This document shows, piece after piece, positions 35,101 through 49,600 of a stretch of 64,000 nucleotides of DNA. The notes beneath the pieces were generated by a model. The model did not search any database. It was not told the origin of the DNA and saw nothing but the letters and a program-made list of their open reading frames with translations. A program made the translations under genes and the position numbers. The stretch lies in NCBI GenBank assembly GCA_051362555.1, contig CM120641.1:22754001-22818000 (forward strand). Direction: 5' to 3'. Position 1 is the stretch's first letter. Every line of letters begins with the position of its first letter. The DNA comes from Lingula anatina. Taxonomy: Eukaryota; Animalia; Brachiopoda.

Positions 35101-37676
35101 CATATTCGGACCTTACGAAAATCACTCAAAATCATCCAAAAATGACCCGTCAAAAATTTTTCCAAAAAGTGATGAAAATCAATTTACCACACCTGACATT
35201 CATAAAAAATGTGGAAACGTGCCCGGATCACTTCATTAAAGCCCCTAATTTCAGCTTTAAAGATTGCCAGAAAGCACACCTGAGAACAGGATTTGGAGAG
35301 GGGGGGGGGTGGAGAGAGTTTTTGCTCTATTTCTTCCTTAATAATGATACAACCACTCTTCCAGTACTTTATCCTCACTACAAATGACCAAACACACCTA
35401 CCTGACACAATATTGAAGAAAAAAATTTTTCATCCCTACCTGGCCAAAATTGAAGAAAACTGCCATATCCGGACCTTACGAAAATCACTCAAAATTACCC
35501 AAAAATGACCCGTCAAAAATTTTTCCAAAAAGTGATGAAAATCAATTTACCACACCTGACATTCATAAAAAATGTGGAAACGCGCCCGGATCACTTCATT
35601 AAAGCCCCCAATTTCAGCTTTAAAGATTGCCAGAAAGCACACCTGAGAACAGGATTTGGAGAGGGGGGGGTTGAGAGAGTTTTTGCTCTATTTCTTCCTT
35701 AATAATGATACAACCACTCTTCCAGTACTTTATCCTCACTACAAATGACCAAACACACCTACCTGACACAATATTGAAGAAAAAAATTTTTCATCCCTAC
35801 CTGGCCAAAATTGAAGAAAACTGCCATATCCGGACCTTACGAAAATCACTCAAAATTACCCAAAAATGACCCGTCAAAAATTTTTCCAAAAAGTGATGAA
35901 AATCAATTTACCACACCTGACATTCATAAAAAATGTGGAAACGCGCCCGGATCACTTCATTAAAGCCCCCAATTTCAGCTTTAAAGATTGCCAGAAAGCA
36001 CACCTGAGAACAGGATTTGGAGAGGGGGGGGTTGAGAGAGTTTTTGCTCTATTTCTTCCTTAATAATGATACAACCACTCTTCCAGTACTTTATCCTCAC
36101 TACAAATGACCAAACACACCTACCTGACACAATATTGAAGAAAAAAATTTTTCATCCCTACCTGGCCAAAATTGAAGAAAACTGCCATATCCGGACCTTA
36201 CAAAAATCACTCAAATTCACCCAAAAATGACCCGTGAAAAATTTTTCCAAAAAGTGATGAAAATCAATTTACCACACCTGACATTCATAAAAAATGTGGA
36301 AACGCGCCCGGATCACTTCATTAATGCCCCCAATTTCAGCTTTAAAGATTGCCAGAAAGCACACCTGAGAACAGGATTTGGAGAGGGGGGGGGTGGAGAG
36401 AGTTTTTGCTCTATTTCTTCCTTAATAATGATACAACCACTCTTCCAGTACTTTATCCTCACTACAAATGACCAAACACACCTACCTGACACAATATTGA
36501 AGAAAAAAATTTTTCATCCCTACCTGGCCAAAATTGAAGAAAACTGCCATATCCGGACCTTACGAAAATCACTCAAAATCACCCAAAAATGACCCGTCAA
36601 AAATTTTTCCAAAAAGTGATGAAAATCAATTTACCACACCTGACATTCATAAAAAATGTGGAAACGTGCCCGGATCACTTCATTAAAGCCCCCAATTTCA
36701 GCTTTAAAGATTGCCAGAAAGCACACCTGAGAACAGGATTTGGAGAGGGGGGGTGGTGGAGAGAGTTTTTGCTCTATTTCTTCCTTAATAATGATACAAC
36801 CACTCTTCCAGTACTTTATCCTCACTACAAATGACCAAACACACCTACCTGACACAATATTGAAGAAAAAAATTTTTCATCCCTACCTGGCCAAAATTGA
36901 AGAAAACTGCCATATCCGGACCTTACGAAAATCACTCAAAATCACCCAAAAATGACCCGTCAAAAATTTTTCCAAAAAGTGATGAAAATCAATTTACCAC
37001 ACCTGACATTCATAAAAAATGTGGAAACGCGCCCGGATCACTTCATTAAAGCCCCCAATTTCAGCTTTAAAGATTGCCAGAAAGCACACCTGAGAACAGG
37101 ATTTGGAGAGGGGGGGTGGTGGAGAGAGTTTTTGCTCTATTTCTTCCTTAATAATGATACAACCACTCTTCCAGTACTTTATCCTCACTACAAATGACCA
37201 AACACACCTACCTGACACAATATTGAAGAAAAAAATTTTTCATCCCTACCTGGCCAAAATTGAAGAAAACTGCCATATCCGGACCTTACGAAAATCACTC
37301 AAAATCACCCAAAAATGACCCGTCAAAAATTTTTCCAAAAAGTGATGAAAATCAATTTACCACACCTGACATTCATAAAAAATGTGGAAACGCGCCTGGA
37401 TCACTTTATTAAAGCCCCCAATTTCAGCTTTAAAGATTGCCAGAAAGCACACCTGAGAACAGGATTTGGAGAGGGGGGGGGTGGAGAGAGTTTTTGCTCT
37501 ATTTCTTCCTTAATAATGATACAACCACTCTTCCAGTACTTTATCCTCACTACAAATGACCAAACACACCTACCTGACACAATATTGAAGAAAAAAATTT
37601 TTCATCCCTACCTGGCCAAAATTGAAGAAAATTGCCATATTCGGACCTTACGAAAATCACTCAAAATCATCCAAAA
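11184..37676. repeat. Satellite domain A (CCGGAT variant) with an 18-monomer HOR
   Basis: Ordered diagnostic variants repeat: 14823-21356 (18 monomers, 6534 bp), 21357-27887 (18), 27888-32238 (last 12 only), 32239-37676 (first 14 plus one duplicated monomer). A shorter related copy lies at 11184-14822. Confidence 0.92.
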
Positions 37677-40600
37677 ATGACCCGTCAAAAATTTTTCCAA
37701 AAAGTGATGAAAATCAATTTACCACACCTGACATTCATAAAAAATGTGGAAACGTGCCCGGATCACTTCATTAAAGCCCCCAATTTCAGCTTTAAAGATT
37801 GCCAGAAAGCACACCTGAGAACAGGATTTGGAGAGGGGGGGGTGGAGAGAGTTTTTGCTCTATTTCTTCCTTAATAATGATACAACCACTCTTCCAGTAC
37901 TTTATCCTCACTACAAATGACCAAACACACCTACCTGACACAATATTGAAGAAAACAATTTTTCATCCCTACCTGGCCAAAATTGAAGAAAACTGCCATA
38001 TCCGGACCTTACGAAAATCACTCAAAATCACCCAAAAATGACCCGTCAAAAATTTTTCCAAAAAGTGATGAAAATCAATTTACCACACCTGACATTCATA
38101 AAAAATGTGGAAACGCGCCCGGGTCACTTCATTAAAGCCCCCAATTTCAGCTTTAAAGATTGCCAGAAAGCACACCTGAGAACAGGATTTGGAGAGGGGG
38201 GGGGGTGGAGAGAGTTTTTGCTCTATTTCTTCCTTAATAATGATACAACCACTCTTCCAGTACTTTATCCTCACTACAAATGACCAAACACACCTACCTG
38301 ACACAATATTGAAGAAAAAAAATTTTCATCCCTACCTGGCCAAAATTGAAGAAAACTGCCATATCCAGACCTTACGAAAATCACTCAAAATCACCCAAAA
38401 ATGACCCGTCAAAAATTTTTCCAAAAAGTGATGAAAATCAATTTACCACACCTGACATTCATAAAAAATGTGGAAACGCGCCCGGGTCACTTCATTAAAG
38501 CCCCCAATTTCAGCTTTAAAGATTGCCAGAAAGCACACCTGAGAACAGGATTTGGAGAGGGGGGGGTGGAGAGAGTTTTTGCTCTATTTCTTCCTTAATA
38601 ATGATACAACCACTCTTCCAGTACTTTATCCTCACTACAAATGACCAAACACACCTACCTGACACAATATTGAAGAAAAAAATTTTTCATCCCTACCTGG
38701 CCAAAATTGAAGAAAACTGCCATATCCGGACCTTACGAAAATCACTCAAAATCACCCAAAAATGACCCGTCAAAAATTTTTCCAAAAAGTGATGAAAATC
38801 AATTTACCACACCTGACATTCATAAAAAATGTGGAAACGCGCCCGGGTCACTTCATTAAAGCCCCCAATTTCAGCTTTAAAGATTGCCAGAAAGCACACC
38901 TGAGAACAGGATTTGGAGAGGGGGGGGGTGGAGAGAGTTTTTGCTCTATTTCTTCCTTAATAATGATACAACCACTCTTCCAGTACTTTATCCTCACTAC
39001 AAATGACCAAACACACCTACCTGACACAATATTGAAGAAAAAATTTTTTCATCCCTACCTGGCCAAAATTGAAGAAAACTGCCATATCCGGACCTTACGA
39101 AAATCACTCAAAATCACCCAAAAATGACCAGTCAAAAATTTTTCCAAAAAGTGATGAAAATCAATTTACCACACCTGACATTCATAAAAAATGTGGAAAC
39201 GCGCCCGGGTCACTTCATTAAAGCCCCCAATTTCAGCTTTAAAGATTGCCAGAAAGCACACCTGAGAACAGGATTTGGAGAGGGGGGGGGTGGAGAGAGT
39301 TTTTGCTCTATTTCTTCCTTAATAATGATACAACCACTCTTCCAGTACTTTATCCTCACTACAAATGACCAAACACACCTACCTGACACAATATTGAAGA
39401 AAAAAATTTTTCATCCCTACCTGGCCAAAATTGAAGAAAACTGCCATATCCGGACCTTACGAAAATCACTCAAAATCACCCAAAAATGACCCGTCAAAAA
39501 TTTTTCCAAAAAGTGATGAAAATCAATTTACCACACCTGACATTCATAAAAAATGTGGAAACGCGCCCGGTCACTTCATTAAAGCCCCCAATTTCAGCTT
39601 TAAAGATTGCCAGAAAGCACACCTGAGAACAGGATTTGGAGAGGGGGGGGGGTGGAGAGAGTTTTTGCTCTATTTCTTCCTTAATAATGATACAACCACT
39701 CTTCCAGTACTTTATCCTCACTACAAATGACCAAACACACCTACCTGACACAATATTGAAGAAAACAATTTTTCATCCCTACCTGGCCAAAATTGAAGAA
39801 AACTGCCATATCCGGACCTTACGAAAATCACTCAAAATCACCCAAAAATAACCCGTCAAAAATTTTTCCAAAAAGTGATGAAAATCAATTTACCACACCT
39901 GACATTCATAAAAAATGTGGAAACGCGCCCGGGTCACTTCATTAAAGCCCCCAATTTCAGCTTTAAAGATTGCCAGAAAGCACACCTGAGAACAGGATTT
40001 GGAGAGGGGGGGGTGGAGAGAGTTTTTGCTCTATTTCTTCCTTAATAATGATACAACCACTCTTCCAGTACTTTATCCTCACTACAAATGACCAAACACA
40101 CCTACCTGACACAATATTGAAGAAAAAAATTTTTCATCCCTACCTGGCCAAAATTGAAGAAAACTGCCATATCCGGACCTTACGAAAATCACTCAAAATC
40201 ACCCAAAAATGACCCGTCAAAAATTTTTCCAAAAAGTGATGAAAATCAATTTACCACACCTGACATTCATAAAAAATGTGGAAACGCGCCCGGGTCACTT
40301 CATTAAAGCCCCCAATTTCAGCTTTAAAGATTGCCAGAAAGCACACCTGAGAACAGGATTTGGAGAGGGGGGGGGGTGGAGAGAGTTTTTGCTCTATTTC
40401 TTCCTTAATAATGATACAACCACTCTTCCAGTACTTTATCCTCACTACAAATGACCAAACACACCTACCTGACACAATATTGAAGAAAACAATTTTTCAT
40501 CCCTACCTGGCCAAAATTGAAGAAAACTGCCATATCCGGACCTTACGAAAATCACTCAAAATCACCCAAAAATAACCCGTCAAAAATTTTTCCAAAAAGT

Positions 40601-43600
40601 GATGAAAATCAATTTACCACACCTGACATTCATAAAAAATGTGGAAACGCGCCCGGGTCACTTCATTAAAGCCCCCAATTTCAGCTTTAAAGATTGCCAG
40701 AAAGCACACCTGAGAACAGGATTTGGAGAGGGGGGGGGTGGAGAGAGTTTTTGCTCTATTTCTTCCTTAATAATGATACAACCACTCTTCCAGTACTTTA
40801 TCCTCACTACAAATGACCAAACACACCTACCTGACACAATATTGAAGAAAAAAATTTTTCATCCCTACCTGGCCAAAATTGAAGAAAACTGCCATATCCG
40901 GACCTTACGAAAATCACTCAAAATCACCCAAAAATGACCCGTCAAAAATTTTTCCAAAAAGTGATGAAAATCAATTTACCACACCTGACATTCATAAAAA
41001 ATGTGGAAACGCGCCCGGGTCACTTCATTAAAGCCCCCAATTTCAGCTTTAAAGATTGCCAGAAAGCACACCTGAGAACAGGATTTGGAGAGGGGGGGGT
41101 GGAGAGAGTTTTTGCTCTATTTCTTCCTTAATAATGATACAACCACTCTTCCAGTACTTTATCCTCACTACAAATGACCAAACACACCTACCTGACACAA
41201 TATTGAAGAAAACAATTTTTCATCCCTACCTGGCCAAAATTGAAGAAAACTGCCATATCCGGACCTTACGAAAATCACTCAAAATCACCCAAAAATGACC
41301 CGTCAAAAATTTTTCCAAAAAGTGATGAAAATCAATTTACCACACCTGACATTCATAAAAAATGTGGAAACGCGCCCGGGTCACTTCATTAAAGCCCCCA
41401 ATTTCAGCTTTAAAGATTGCCAGAAAGCACACCTGAGAACAGGATTTGGAGAGGGGGGGGGGGTGGAGAGAGTTTTTGCTCTATTTCTTCCTTAATAATG
41501 ATACAACCACTCTTCCAGTACTTTATCCTCACTACAAATGACCAAACACACCTACCTGACACAATATTGAAGAAAAAAATTTTCATCCCTACCTGGCCAA
41601 AATTGAAGAAAACTGCCATATCCGGACCTTACGAAAATCACTCAAAATCACCCAAAAATGACCCGTCAAAAATTTTTCCAAAAAGTGATGAAAATCAATT
41701 TACCACACCTGACATTCATAAAAAATGTGGAAACGCGCCCGGGTCACTTCATTAAAGCCCCCAATTTCAGCTTTAAAGATTGCCAGAAAGCACACCTGAG
41801 AACAGGATTTGGAGAGGGGGGGGTGGAGAGAGTTTTTGCTCTATTTCTTCCTTAATAATGATACAACCACTCTTCCAGTACTTTATCCTCACTACAAATG
41901 ACCAAACACACCTACCTGACACAATATTGAAGAAAAAAATTTTTCATCCCTACCTGGCCAAAATTGAAGAAAACTGCCATATCCGGACCTTACGAAAATC
42001 ACTCAAAATCACCCAAAAATGACCCGTCAAAAATTTTTCCAAAAAGTGATGAAAATCAATTTACCACACCTGACATTCATAAAAAATGTGGAAACGCGCC
42101 CGGGTCACTTCATTAAAGCCCCCAATTTCAGCTTTAAAGATTGCCAGAAAGCACACCTGAGAACAGGATTTGGAGAGGGGGGGGTGGAGAGAGTTTTTGC
42201 TCTATTTCTTCCTTAATAATGATACAACCACTCTTCCAGTACTTTATCCTCACTACAAATGACCAAACACACCTACCTGACACAATATTGAAGAAAAAAA
42301 TTTTTCATCCCTACCTGGCCAAAATTGAAGAAAACTGCCATATCCGGACCTTACGAAAATCACTCAAAATCACCCAAAAATGACCCGTCAAAAATTTTTC
42401 CAAAAAGTGATGAAAATCAATTTACCACACCTGACATTCATAAAAAATGTGGAAACGCGCCCGGGTCACTTCATTAAAGCCCCCAATTTCAGCTTTAAAG
42501 ATTGCCAGAAAGCACACCTGAGAACAGGATTTGGAGAGGGGGGGGTGGAGAGAGTTTTTGCTCTATTTCTTCCTTAATAATGATACAACCACTCTTCCAG
42601 TACTTTATCCTCACTACAAATGACCAAACACACCTACCTGACACAATATTGAAGAAAACAATTTTTCATCCCTACCTGGCCAAAATTGAAGAAAACTGCC
42701 ATATCCGGACCTTACGAAAATCACTCAAAATCACCCAAAAATGACCAGTCAAAAATTTTTCCAAAAAGTGATGAAAATCAATTTACCACACCTGACATTC
42801 ATAAAAAATGTGGAAACGCGCCCGGGTCACTTCATTAAAGCCCCCAATTTCAGCTTTAAAGATTGCCAGAAAGCACACCTGAGAACAGGATTTGGAGAGG
42901 GGGGGGTGGAGAGAGTTTTTGCTCTATTTCTTCCTTAATAATGATACAACCACTCTTCCACTACTTTATCCTCACTACAAATGACCAAACACACCTACCT
43001 GACACAATATTGAAGAAAAAAATTTTTCATCCCTACCTGGCCAAAATTGAAGAAAACTGCCATATCCGGACCTTACGAAAATCACTCAAAATCACCCAAA
43101 AATGACCCGTCAAAAATTTTTCCAAAAAGTGATGAAAATCAATTTACCACACCTGACATTCATAAAAAATGTGGAAACGCGCCCGGGTCACTTCATTAAA
43201 GCCCCCAATTTCAGCTTTAAAGATTGCCAGAAAGCACACCTGAGAACAGGATTTGGAGAGGGGGGGGTGGAGAGAGTTTTTGCTCTATTTCTTCCTTAAT
43301 AATGATACAACCACTCTTCCAGTACTTTATCCTCACTACAAATGACCAAACACACCTACCTGACACAATATTGAAGAAAAAAATTTTTCATCCCTACCTG
43401 GCCAAAATTGAAGAAAACTGCCATATCCGGACCTTACGAAAATCACTCAAAATCACCCAAAAATGACCAGTCAAAAATTTTTCCAAAAAGTGATGAAAAT
43501 CAATTTACCACACCTGACATTCATAAAAAATGTGGAAACGCGCCCGGGTCACTTCATTAAAGCCCCCAATTTCAGCTTTAAAGATTGCCAGAAAGCACAC

Positions 43601-46600
43601 CTGAGAACAGGATTTGGAGAGGGGGGGGTGGAGAGAGTTTTTGCTCTATTTCTTCCTTAATAATGATACAACCACTCTTCCAGTACTTTATCCTCACTAC
43701 AAATGACCAAACACACCTACCTGACACAATATTGAAGAAAAAAATTTTTCATCCCTACCTGGCCAAAATTGAAGAAAACTGCCATATCCGGACCTTACGA
43801 AAATCACTCAAAATCACCCAAAAATGACCCGTCAAAAATTTTTCCAAAAAGTGATGAAAATCAATTTACCACACCTGACATTCATAAAAAATGTGGAAAC
43901 GCGCCCGGGTCACTTCATTAAAGCCCCCAATTTCAGCTTTAAAGATTGCCAGAAAGCACACCTGAGAACAGGATTTGGAGAGGGGGGGGTGGAGAGAGTT
44001 TTTGCTCTATTTCTTCCTTAATAATGATACAACCACTCTTCCAGTACTTTATCCTCACTACAAATGACCAAACACACCTACCTGACACAATATTGAAGAA
44101 AAAAATTTTTCATCCCTACCTGGCCAAAATTGAAGAAAACTGCCATATCCGGACCTTACGAAAATCACTCAAAATCACCCAAAAATGACCCGTCAAAAAT
44201 TTTTCCAAAAAGTGATGAAAATCAATTTACCACACCTGACATTCATAAAAAATGTGGAAACGCGCCCGGGTCACTTCATTAAAGCCCCCAATTTCAGCTT
44301 TAAAGATTGCCAGAAAGCACACCTGAGAACAGGATTTGGAGAGGGGGGGGGGAGAGAGTTTTTGCTCTATTTCTTCCTTAATAATGATACAACCACTCTT
44401 CCAGTACTTTATCCTCACTACAAATGACCAAACACACCTACCTGACACAATATTGAAGAAAAAAATTTTTCATCCCTACCTGGCCAAAATTGAAGAAAAC
44501 TGCCATATCCGGACCTTACGAAAATCACTCAAAATCACCCAAAAATGACCCGTCAAAAATTTTTCCAAAAAGTGATGAAAATCAATTTACCACACCTGAC
44601 ATTCATAAAAAATGTGGAAACGCGCCCGGGTCACTTCATTAAAGCCCCCAATTTCAGCTTTAAAGATTGCCAGAAAGCACACCTGAGAACAGGATTTGGA
44701 GAGGGGGGGGGGGAGAGAGTTTTTGCTCTATTTCTTCCTTAATAATGATACAACCAATCTTCCAGTACTTTATCCTCACTACAAATGACCAAACACACCT
44801 ACCTGACACAATATTGAAGAAAAAAATTTTTCATCCCTACCTGGCCAAAATTGAAGAAAACTGCCATATCCGGACCTTACGAAAATCACTCAAAATCACC
44901 CAAAAATGACCCGTCAAAAATTTTTCCAAAAAGTGATGAAAATCAATTTACCACACCTGACATTCATAAAAAATGTGGAAACGCACCCGGGTCACTTCAT
45001 TAAAGCCCCCAATTTCAGCTTTAAAGATTGCCAGAAAGCACACCTGAGAACAGGATTTGGAGAGGGGGGGGTGGAGAGAGTTTTTGCTCTATTTCTTCCT
45101 TAATAATGATACAACCACTCTTCCAGTACTTTATCCTCACTACAAATGACCAAACACACCTACCTGACACAATATTGAAGAAAAAAATTTTTCATCCCTA
45201 CCTGGCCAAAATTGAAGAAAACTGCCATATCCGGACCTTACGAAAATCACTCAAAATCACCCAAAAATGACCCGTCAAAAATTTTTCCAAAAAGTGATGA
45301 AAATCAATTAACCACACCTGACATTCATAAAAAATGTGGAAACGCGCCCGGGTCACTTCATTAAAGCCCCCAATTTCAGCTATAAAGATTGCCAGAAAGC
45401 ACACCTGAGAACAGGATTTGGAGAGGGGGGGGTGGAGAGAGTTTTTGCTCTATTTCTTCCTTAATAATGATACAACCACTCTTCCAGTACTTTATCCTCA
45501 CTACAAATGACCAAACACACCTACCTGACACAATATTGAAGAAAAAAATTTTTCATCCCTACCTGGCCAAAATTGAAGAAAACTGCCATATCCGGACCTT
45601 ACGAAAATCACTCAAAATCACCCAAAAATGACCCGTCAAAATTTTTTCCAAAAAGTGATGAAAATCAATTTACCACACCTGACATTCATAAAAAATGTGG
45701 AAACGCGCCCGGGTCACTTCATTAAAGCCCCCAATTTCAGCTTTAAAGATTGCCAGAAAGCACACCTGAGAACAGGATTTGGAGAGGGGGGGGTGGAGAG
45801 AGTTTTTGCTCTATTTCTTCCTTAATAATGATACAACCACTCTTCCAGTACTTTATCCTCACTACAAATGACCAAACACACCTACCTGACACAATATTGA
45901 AGAAAAAAATTTTTCATCCCTACCTGGCCAAAATTGAAGAAAACTGCCATATCCGGACCTTACGAAAATCACTCAAAATCACCCAAAAATGACCCGTCAA
46001 AAATTTTTCCAAAAAGTGATGAAAATCAATTTACCACACCTGACATTCATAAAAAATGTGGAAACGCGCCCGGGTCACTTCATTAAAGCCCCCAATTTCA
46101 GCTTTAAAGATTGCCAGAAAACACACCTGAGAACAGGATTTGGAGAGGGGGGGGGGGGGGTGGAGAGAGTTTTTGCTCTATTTCTTCCTTAATAATGATA
46201 CAACCACTCTTCCAGTACTTTATCCTCACTACAAATGACCAAACACACCTACCTGACACAATATTGAAGGAAAAAATTTTTCAACCCTACCTGGCCAAAA
46301 TTGAAGAAAACTGCCATATCCGGACCTTACGAAAATCACTCAAAATCACCCAAAAATGACCCGTCAAAAATTTTTCCAAAAAGTGATGAAAATCAATTTA
46401 CCACACCTGACATTCATAAAAAATGTGGAAACGCGCCCGGGTCACTTCATTAAAGCCCCCAATTTCAGCTTTAAAGATTGCCAGAAAGCACACCTGAGAA
46501 CAGGATTTGGAGAGGGGGGGGGGGGGTGGAGAGAGTTTTTGCTCTATTTCTTCCTTAATAATGATACAACCACTCTTCCAGTACTTTATCCTCACTACAA

Positions 46601-49600
46601 ATGACCAAACACACCTACCTGACACAATATTGAAGAAAAAAATTTTTTCATCCCTACCTGGCCAAAATTGAAGAAAACTGCCATATCCGGACCTTACGAA
46701 AATCACTCAAAATCACCCAAAAATGACCCGTCAAAAATTTTTCCAAAAAGTGATGAAAATCAATTTACCACACCTGACATTCATAAAAAATGTGGAAACG
46801 CGCCCGGGTCACTTCATTAAAGCTCCCAATTTCAGCTTTAAAGATTGCCAGAAAGCACACCTGAGAACAGGATTTGGAGAGGGGGGGGTGGAGAGAGTTT
46901 TTGCTCTATTTCTTCCTTAATAATGATACAACCACTCTTCCAGTACTTTATCCTCACTACAAATGACCAAACACACCTACCTGACACAATATTGAAGAAA
47001 AAAATTTTTCATCCCTACCTGGCCAAAATTGAAGAAAACTGCCATATCCGGACCTTACGAAAATCACTCAAAATCACCCAAAAATGACCAGTCAAAAATT
47101 TTTCCAAAAAGTGATGAAAATCAATTTATCACACCTGACATTCATAAAAAATGTGGAAACGCGCCCGGGTCACTTCATTAAAGCCCCCAATTTCAGCTTT
47201 AAAGATTGCCAGAAAGCACACCTGAGAACAGGATTTGGAGAGGGGGGGGTGGAGAGAGTTTTTGCTCTATTTCTTCCTTAATAATGATACAACCACTCTT
47301 CCAGTACTTTATCCTCACTACAAATGACCAAACACACCTACCTGACACAATATTGAAGAAAAAAATTTTTCATCCCTACCTGGCCAAAATTGAAGAAAAC
47401 TGCCATATCCGGACCTTACGAAAATCACTCAAAATCACCCAAAAATGACCAGTCAAAAATTTTTCCAAAAAGTGATGAAAATCAATTTACCACACCTGAC
47501 ATTCATAAAAAATGTGGAAACGCGCCCGGGTCACTTCATTAAAGCCCCCCAATTTCAGCTTTAAAGATTGCCAGAAAGCACACCTGAGAACAGGATTTGG
47601 AGAGGGGGGGGTGGAGAGAGTTTTTGCTCTATTTCTTCCTTAATAATGATTACAACCACTCTTCCAGTACTTTATCCTCACTACAAATGACCAAACACAC
47701 CTACCTGACACAATATTGAAGAAAAAAATTTTTCATCCCTACCTGGCCAAAATTGAAGAAAACTGCCATATCCGGACCTTACGAAAATCACTCAAAATCA
47801 CCCAAAAATGACCCGTCAAAAATTTTTCCAAAAAGTGATGAAAATCAATTTACCACACCTGACATTCATAAAAAATGTGGAAACGCGCCCGGGTCACTTC
47901 ATTAAAGCCCCCAATTTCAGCTTTAAAAATTGCCAGAAAGCACACCTGAGAACAGGATTTGGAGAGGGGGGGGTGGAGAGAGTTTTTGCTCTATTTCTTC
48001 CTTAATAATGATACAACCACTCTTCCAGTACTTTATCCTCACTACAAATGACCAAACACACCTACCTGACACAATATTGAAGAAAAAAATTTTTCATCCC
48101 TACCTGGCCAAAATTGAAGAAAACTGCCATATCTGGACCTTACGAAAATCACTCAAAATCACCCAAAAATGACCCGTCAAAAATTTTTCCAAAAAGTGAT
48201 GAAAATCAATTTACCACACCTGACATTCATAAAAAATGTGGAAACGCGCCCGGGTCACTTCATTAAAGCCCCCAATTTCAGCTTTAAAGATTGCCAGAAA
48301 ACACACCTGAGAACAGGATTTGGAGAGGGGGGGGTGGAGAGAGTTTTTGCTCTATTTCTTCCTTAATAATGATACAACCACTCTTCCAGTACTTTATCCT
48401 CACTACAAATGACCAAACACACCTACCTGACACAATATTGAAGAAAAAAATTTTTCATCCCTACCTGGCCAAAATTGAAGAAAACTGCCATATCCGGACC
48501 TTACGAAAATCACTCAAAATCACCCAAAAATGACCCGTCAAAAATTTTTCCAAAAAGTGATGAAAATCAATTTACCACACCTGACATTCATAAAAAATGT
48601 GGAAACGCGCCCGGGTCACTTCATTAAAGCCCCCAATTTCAGCTTTAAAGATTGCCAGAAAGCACACCTGAGAACAGGATTTGGAGAGGGGGGGGTGGAG
48701 AGAGTTTTTGCTCTATTTCTTCCTTAATAATGATACAACCACTCTTCCAGTACTTTATCCTCACTACAAATGACCAAACACACCTACCTGACACAATATT
48801 GAAGAAAAAAATTTTTCATCCCTACCTGGCCAAAATTGAAGAAAACTGCCATATCCGGACCTTACGAAAATCACTCAAAATCACCCAAAAATGACCCGTC
48901 AAAAATTTTTCCAAAAAGTGATGAAAATCAATTTACCACACCTGACATTCATAAAAAATGTGGAAACGCGCCCGGGTCACTTCATTAAAGCCCCCAATTT
49001 CAGCTTTAAAGATTGCCAGAAAACACACCTGAGAACAGGATTTGGAGAGGGGGGGGGGGGTGGAGAGAGTTTTTGCTCTATTTCTTCCTTAATAATGATA
49101 CAACCACTCTTCCAGTACTTTATCCTCACTACAAATGACCAAACACACCTACCTGACACAATATTGAAGAAAAAAATTTTTCAACCCTACCTGGCCAAAA
49201 TTGAAGAAAACTGCCATATCCGGACCTTACGAAAATCACTCAAAATCACCCAAAAATGACCCGTCAAAAATTTTTCCAAAAAGTGATGAAAATCAATTTA
49301 CCACACCTGACATTCATAAAAAATGTGGAAACGCGCCCGGGTCACTTCATTAAAGCCCCCAATTTCAGCTTTAAAGATTGCCAGAAAACACACCTGAGAA
49401 CAGGATTTGGAGAGGGGGGGGGGGGTGGAGAGAGTTTTTGCTCTATTTCTTCCTTAATAATGATACAACCACTCTTCCAGTACTTTATCCTCACTACAAA
49501 TGACCAAACACACCTACCTGACACAATATTGAAGAAAAAAATTTTTCATCCCTACCTGGCCAAAATTGAAGAAAACTGCCATATCCGGACCTTACGAAAA

